A stretch of DNA of 64,000 nt from a virus. The DNA is taken from IMG/VR virus record IMGVR_UViG_3300009183_006007, positions 1-64,000 of that record; one strand, 5' to 3'. Under the pieces are notes generated by a model. That model saw nothing but the letters and a program-made list of their open reading frames with translations. It made no database searches and was not told the DNA's origin. Each line of letters begins with the position of its first letter. Within the stretch, counting starts at the first letter, position 1. Of the stretch, positions 60,155-64,000 are shown piece by piece. The position numbers were made by a program, and so were the translations under genes.

Positions 60155-62284
60155 TTACTCAGAATCTTTCTTTTTTCTTGTAGCTTTCTTCTTTGGTGGA
60201 GAAGTAATTACAACAAACATATTATCATCTTCTTTGTTATAATCCAATAATAATTTAGAATTTTTCTCAGGATTCTGTTGAATGATTTCCTCTGTTAGAA
60301 CATCTTCAACATATTTCTGAATAGCTCTCTTCAAAGGTCTTGCTCCATATTCTGGATCAAACCCTTGAGTAGCGATATATTCAGATGCTCCTTCTGTGAT
60401 TTCTAATTCAAATTCCATCTTTTTAACTCTTTCTACCAAGCCACCCAACTCAATATCAATGATTTTGTTGATATCTTCTTTGTTTAAAGAGTTAAACATT
60501 ACAACATCATCAATACGATTTAAGAACTCAGGTGCAAATTTCTTCTTCAATTCTTTTTCAATTACTGAATTAGTTTCTTCGGTTGATTTGCTTTCTTTAT
60601 TCTTAGTAGAGAATCCAACACCTGTTCCGAATTCTTTCAACTGACGTGAACCAGTATTAGAAGTCATAATGATAATTGTATTCTTAAAGTTTACTTTTCT
60701 ACCAAGTGAATCTGTTAACTGACCATCATCAAGTACTTGAAGTAACAAGTTGAATACTTCTGGATGAGCTTTCTCAATCTCATCTAAAAGAATTACTGAG
60801 TAAGGTTTACGTCTAACTTTTTCAGTTAACTGACCACCTTCATCGTGTCCAACATATCCTGGAGGAGCTCCAATCAAACGAGATACTGCGAATTTCTCCA
60901 TATATTCAGACATATCAATTCTAATTAAAGAATCTTCTGACTCGAATAAGTATCTAGCAAGAATCTTAGCCAATTGAGTTTTACCAACTCCTGTAGGTCC
61001 CAAGAACATAAATGAACCAATTGGTTTACTTGGATCTTTCAAACCAACACGACCTCTTTGAATAGCTTTTACAATCTTCTTAACAGCTTCATCTTGACCA
61101 ATAACTTTACCAATGATACTTTCTTGCATTTTGGCTAATTTACTAGTTTCGTTTAGAGATACTTTTTGAAGAGGAATGCCAGTCATCATCGAAACAACTT
61201 CAGCAACATTATCTTCTGTAACCGTTTGTTTGTTGTTAGAACATTCTTCTTCCCATTTCTTTCTCTCTTTTTCCAAAGACTCGTTAAGTTGTCTTTCAAC
61301 GTCTCTTAACTTAGCAGCTTCTTCATATTTCTGAGAACGAATAACTCCATTTTTCTTTTCTTTAATCTCAACTATCTTATTTTCAATATCAGTGATTTCT
61401 TTCGGAACAACGATATTAGAAATGTGAACACGAGATCCAGCTTCGTCTAAAGCATCAATAGCCTTGTCTGGTAAGAATCTATCAGCAACATATCTGTCAG
61501 TTAAGTCAACACAAGCCTTGATAGCTTCTTCTGTGTAAATCACATTATGGTGTGATTCATACTTATCTTTAATGTTGTTGATAATTTGGAATGTTTCATC
61601 TGGTGATGCAGGTTCAACAATAACTTTTTGAAAACGTCTTTCCAAAGCTCCATCCTTTTCAATATGCTTACGATATTCATCTAAAGTAGTAGCACCAATG
61701 ATTTGGATTTCTCCACGAGCTAAAGCCGGTTTGAACATATTAGAAGCATCTAAAGATCCTGAAGCACCACCTGCACCGATAATTGTATGAATTTCATCGA
61801 TGAAAAGTATCACATCTGGTTCTTTTTCAAGTTCAGCCATTAAAGCTTTAATTCTTTCTTCAAATTGACCACGATATTTAGTTCCAGCAACCATAGAAGC
61901 CAAATCCAACATAACGATTCTTTTATTAAAAAGAATTCTACTAACTTTTCTTTGAATGATTCTCAATGCTAATCCTTCAGCGATTGAAGATTTACCAACA
62001 CCAGGTTCACCAATTAAAATAGGGTTATTCTTTTTTCTACGAGATAGAATTTGAGATACTCTTTCGATTTCTTTTTCTCTACCTACGATAGGGTCAAGAC
62101 GACCTTCTTCCCCCATTTTGGTTAAGTCTCGACTATAAGTGTCTAAAACCGGAGTTTTAGATTTAGAATCAGACTTTTTAGAAGAACCAAAAGATGAATC
62201 ATCTTCATCATCTTCAATAGCGGATCTAATATCAGGTATTGTGTAATTTCCCTCTTCAATTTTTTTATTATCCATAGTATTCAT
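60155..62284 (-). CDS. clpC: ClpC-type AAA+ unfoldase lacking the N-terminal domain
   Basis: Two Walker A motifs ([16 protein letters not shown]), UVR helix [14 protein letters not shown] loop. Confidence 0.9.
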   Translation of the reverse strand: MNTMDNKKIEEGNYTIPDIRSAIEDDEDDSSFGSSKKSDSKSKTPVLDTYSRDLTKMGEEGRLDPIVGREKEIERVSQILSRRKKNNPILIGEPGVGKSSIAEGLALRIIQRKVSRILFNKRIVMLDLASMVAGTKYRGQFEERIKALMAELEKEPDVILFIDEIHTIIGAGGASGSLDASNMFKPALARGEIQIIGATTLDEYRKHIEKDGALERRFQKVIVEPASPDETFQIINNIKDKYESHHNVIYTEEAIKACVDLTDRYVADRFLPDKAIDALDEAGSRVHISNIVVPKEITDIENKIVEIKEKKNGVIRSQKYEEAAKLRDVERQLNESLEKERKKWEEECSNNKQTVTEDNVAEVVSMMTGIPLQKVSLNETSKLAKMQESIIGKVIGQDEAVKKIVKAIQRGRVGLKDPSKPIGSFMFLGPTGVGKTQLAKILARYLFESEDSLIRIDMSEYMEKFAVSRLIGAPPGYVGHDEGGQLTEKVRRKPYSVILLDEIEKAHPEVFNLLLQVLDDGQLTDSLGRKVNFKNTIIIMTSNTGSRQLKEFGTGVGFSTKNKESKSTEETNSVIEKELKKKFAPEFLNRIDDVVMFNSLNKEDINKIIDIELGGLVERVKKMEFELEITEGASEYIATQGFDPEYGARPLKRAIQKYVEDVLTEEIIQQNPEKNSKLLLDYNKEDDNMFVVITSPPKKKATRKKKDSE

Positions 62285-62295
62285 TATTTTATTAT

Positions 62296-62640
62296 TTAAT
62301 TTATATTATTTTTATTGTCATTGTTTAGTAAATCATCTATAATTTCATCACGTCTTTCAGAAATATTTGATGGGTTTAATAAATCACATCTTAAAGATAT
62401 ATTCATTCTGGATGAATTGCAATCAATAGATTTTATTTGAGTTCCTTTTCCATCGAATTCTTTTCCTATTAAATCGAATTTAGTTTTATTCTCATACATA
62501 TTAAAAAAGAAATCAGAATATGTTGGGTATTTCTTCAAATCGATTTCTATATTAATTGTTGCGTGTGCCATAACAGATAATTGAACAACACAATCTTTAA
62601 TAAAATAAATCTCATTTTCTATTTTTACCCAATCACTCAT
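62296..62640 (-). CDS. Hypothetical protein with C-terminal tag
   Basis: RRDEIIDDLL near the C-terminus. Confidence 0.65.
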   Translation of the reverse strand: MSDWVKIENEIYFIKDCVVQLSVMAHATINIEIDLKKYPTYSDFFFNMYENKTKFDLIGKEFDGKGTQIKSIDCNSSRMNISLRCDLLNPSNISERRDEIIDDLLNNDNKNNIN

Positions 62641-63233
62641 GCTAATCTGAAATTTCTAAGAAAGTCTATTAAAAATACATTCTTCTCACCACCAACAAAA
62701 TTTACCCAAGTTTTATAAACTTTTTGGTCTTCTTTATTAGTTGATTCTCTTAATTTATTAATTATTGATTTTCTTGTTTCGTATGGATCATCTGTAATAA
62801 GTAAATCTCCATAGTTATCTATAACCCAGTCTCCAAAATCAGGATACTTTTTCCTATTAAAAACTCTTTCATCTACAACAAAAACAATTGCAGACAACAT
62901 ATCATTTAGATCGGGTTCATAAAAGGTAGCAACCTCAACATTATTCTGTTCTAATGTAATTAGATTTGACTCCATTGAACCAACAAATGGCTCATCAGTT
63001 GAATGATATCTATTTATAGAGTGATTAGAAGTTCCACCATTTAGTATAATAAATGTTTTCCAGTTATCAGCCCAATCATTATACTGAGTATTTAGTGATT
63101 GATTGTGTTCACCAAGATACTTCATTTTTTGACCATATTCAACTACAGCATGTCCAAACTGAATAGCCTGTTGAATTGGTGAGATATTGTATGGAACTAA
63201 TCCATACATTCTTAGTTCTAATTTATTTTCCAT
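62637..63233 (-). CDS. Peptidyl-tRNA hydrolase type 2-like protein
   Basis: MY.LV...S..QQAIQFGHA, KTFIIL, FYEPDL. Confidence 0.5.
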   Translation of the reverse strand: MENKLELRMYGLVPYNISPIQQAIQFGHAVVEYGQKMKYLGEHNQSLNTQYNDWADNWKTFIILNGGTSNHSINRYHSTDEPFVGSMESNLITLEQNNVEVATFYEPDLNDMLSAIVFVVDERVFNRKKYPDFGDWVIDNYGDLLITDDPYETRKSIINKLRESTNKEDQKVYKTWVNFVGGEKNVFLIDFLRNFRLA

Positions 63234-63243
63234 ATTTTTTATA

Positions 63244-63726
63244 TTAGATTTTATTGGAAAGGTTTTTATTACTGAATTGTTTTATTCCAGTAACTTCAAT
63301 TATAACTATATTTTTGATATAATCAGGAATTACAACTTCAAAATCTTGACTAGGTATTTCAATTTCGGCAATAATTAAATGACCTTCAAATTTATCAACT
63401 TCCCATTTTAATTTACCTTGTGGATAGATACATCTTTTTTTAGATATACTTCTAGATTCTACTTCTTCTTTTTTACAATTCTCAACAAATAGGTTAAACT
63501 CCTCTTTTGTTAGAGGATGTTCATCTTCCATATTCACACCTTTTGAAATTGTTGTTTTGATGGTATGTATATAATACTTACCTTTAATATTAGAGTTACA
63601 ATATCGAGCTCGTTCCCAAATACCTTCTTGATTTTTAAAATACCATTGTTCAATTTTAATAACCTCAGTTGGTTTTACATCTGGCATTGATTTGAGTAAA
63701 AATTTTCTCTCTATTTCTAATTCCAT
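63244..63726 (-). CDS. CYTH-domain protein
   Basis: EIERKFL, KKR, WEVDKF, IAEIE. Confidence 0.85.
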   Translation of the reverse strand: MELEIERKFLLKSMPDVKPTEVIKIEQWYFKNQEGIWERARYCNSNIKGKYYIHTIKTTISKGVNMEDEHPLTKEEFNLFVENCKKEEVESRSISKKRCIYPQGKLKWEVDKFEGHLIIAEIEIPSQDFEVVIPDYIKNIVIIEVTGIKQFSNKNLSNKI

Positions 63727-63743
63727 TTATTATACTATTTATC

Positions 63744-64000
63744 TTATTTTTTAATGAATCTTTCGACTCTTTCAAAGTACGAAGATATGAATAAAAGTCC
63801 AATTGTTAAAATAATTGGCATTAATACTGTACCCATTCCACATAAAATACCTATTCCTGATATTACCCATATAAATGCTGCTGTTGTTACACCAATTATC
63901 TTATCATCGTGTTTCATAATAACACCACCTCCTAAAAATCCTATACCTGTTACGATATTTGATATTATTCTTGTTGGATCACCACCTCCATAATATTTAG
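63744..64000 (-). CDS. MgtC/SapB family membrane protein, 5'-partial (not in the ORF track)
   Basis: Minus-strand translation GDPTRIISNIVTGIGFLGGGVIMK...GVTTAAFIW. Confidence 0.88.
   Translation of the reverse strand, partial: KYYGGGDPTRIISNIVTGIGFLGGGVIMKHDDKIIGVTTAAFIWVISGIGILCGMGTVLMPIILTIGLLFISSYFERVERFIKK

Noticed and set aside
1560-63378. Short ORFs nested in or antisense to long genes (e.g. 1560, 4393, 5779, 6797, 10159, 11599, 20463, 25207, 26638, 30891, 33231, 40122, 47403, 51797, 58569, 60396)
   Set aside because: They overlap well-supported CDSs and lack motifs or promoters
63754-63993. Listed plus-strand 79-aa ORF
   Set aside because: Antisense shadow of the MgtC-family gene
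1-64000. Bacterial chromosome origin
   Set aside because: T4-like topoisomerase, gp32, gp13, Rnl1 and phage-style promoters are interleaved with the host-like genes
1-64000. Stop-codon recoding as in Lak or some crAss-like phages
   Set aside because: Conserved genes are full length in code 11 and coding density is high
1-64000. CRISPR array, tRNA or rRNA genes
   Set aside because: No repeat-spacer array or cloverleaf seen by eye; the 23S match at 30.6 kb is under 30 nt in total and permuted, so it is not an rRNA gene

Overview
AT-rich (roughly 27% GC by eye), gene-dense segment of a T4-like jumbo phage in the standard genetic code. The host is most likely in Bacteroidota: TAnnTTTG promoters, no Shine-Dalgarno sequences, a T9SS-sorted protein, and Bacteroidota-like DnaK and ClpC. 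Phage markers: type II topoisomerase, RNase H/5'-3' exonuclease, gp32-like SSB, gp13-like neck protein, RNA ligase 1, NrdB, amidase endolysin and an HNH endonuclease. Host-like genes: dnaK, grpE, dnaJ, clpC lacking its N-domain, nusG, uvsE, a GMP reductase/IMPDH-family gene, and a 15-kb glycosylation cluster with GT11, GT6 and a fused fcl-gmd. Structure not explained by the gene list: (1) about 17 unrelated proteins share an N-terminal 'MKHLKxFxES'-type tag resembling the T4 capsid-targeting sequence, sit behind an AATATATA motif, and include Acb1-like and RNA-ligase cargo; (2) a non-overlapping set of 13 small proteins shares a C-terminal R-x3-[IL]-x2-[ILV]-[LIFV] tag, several fused to short pieces resembling major capsid protein or prohead protease; (3) a ~80-nt structured intergenic element at 30.6 kb matches 23S rRNA helix 69-70 (the I-CeuI site) in two permuted pieces; (4) three distinct promoter classes. 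All homology calls come from recognising motifs by eye, not from database searches.
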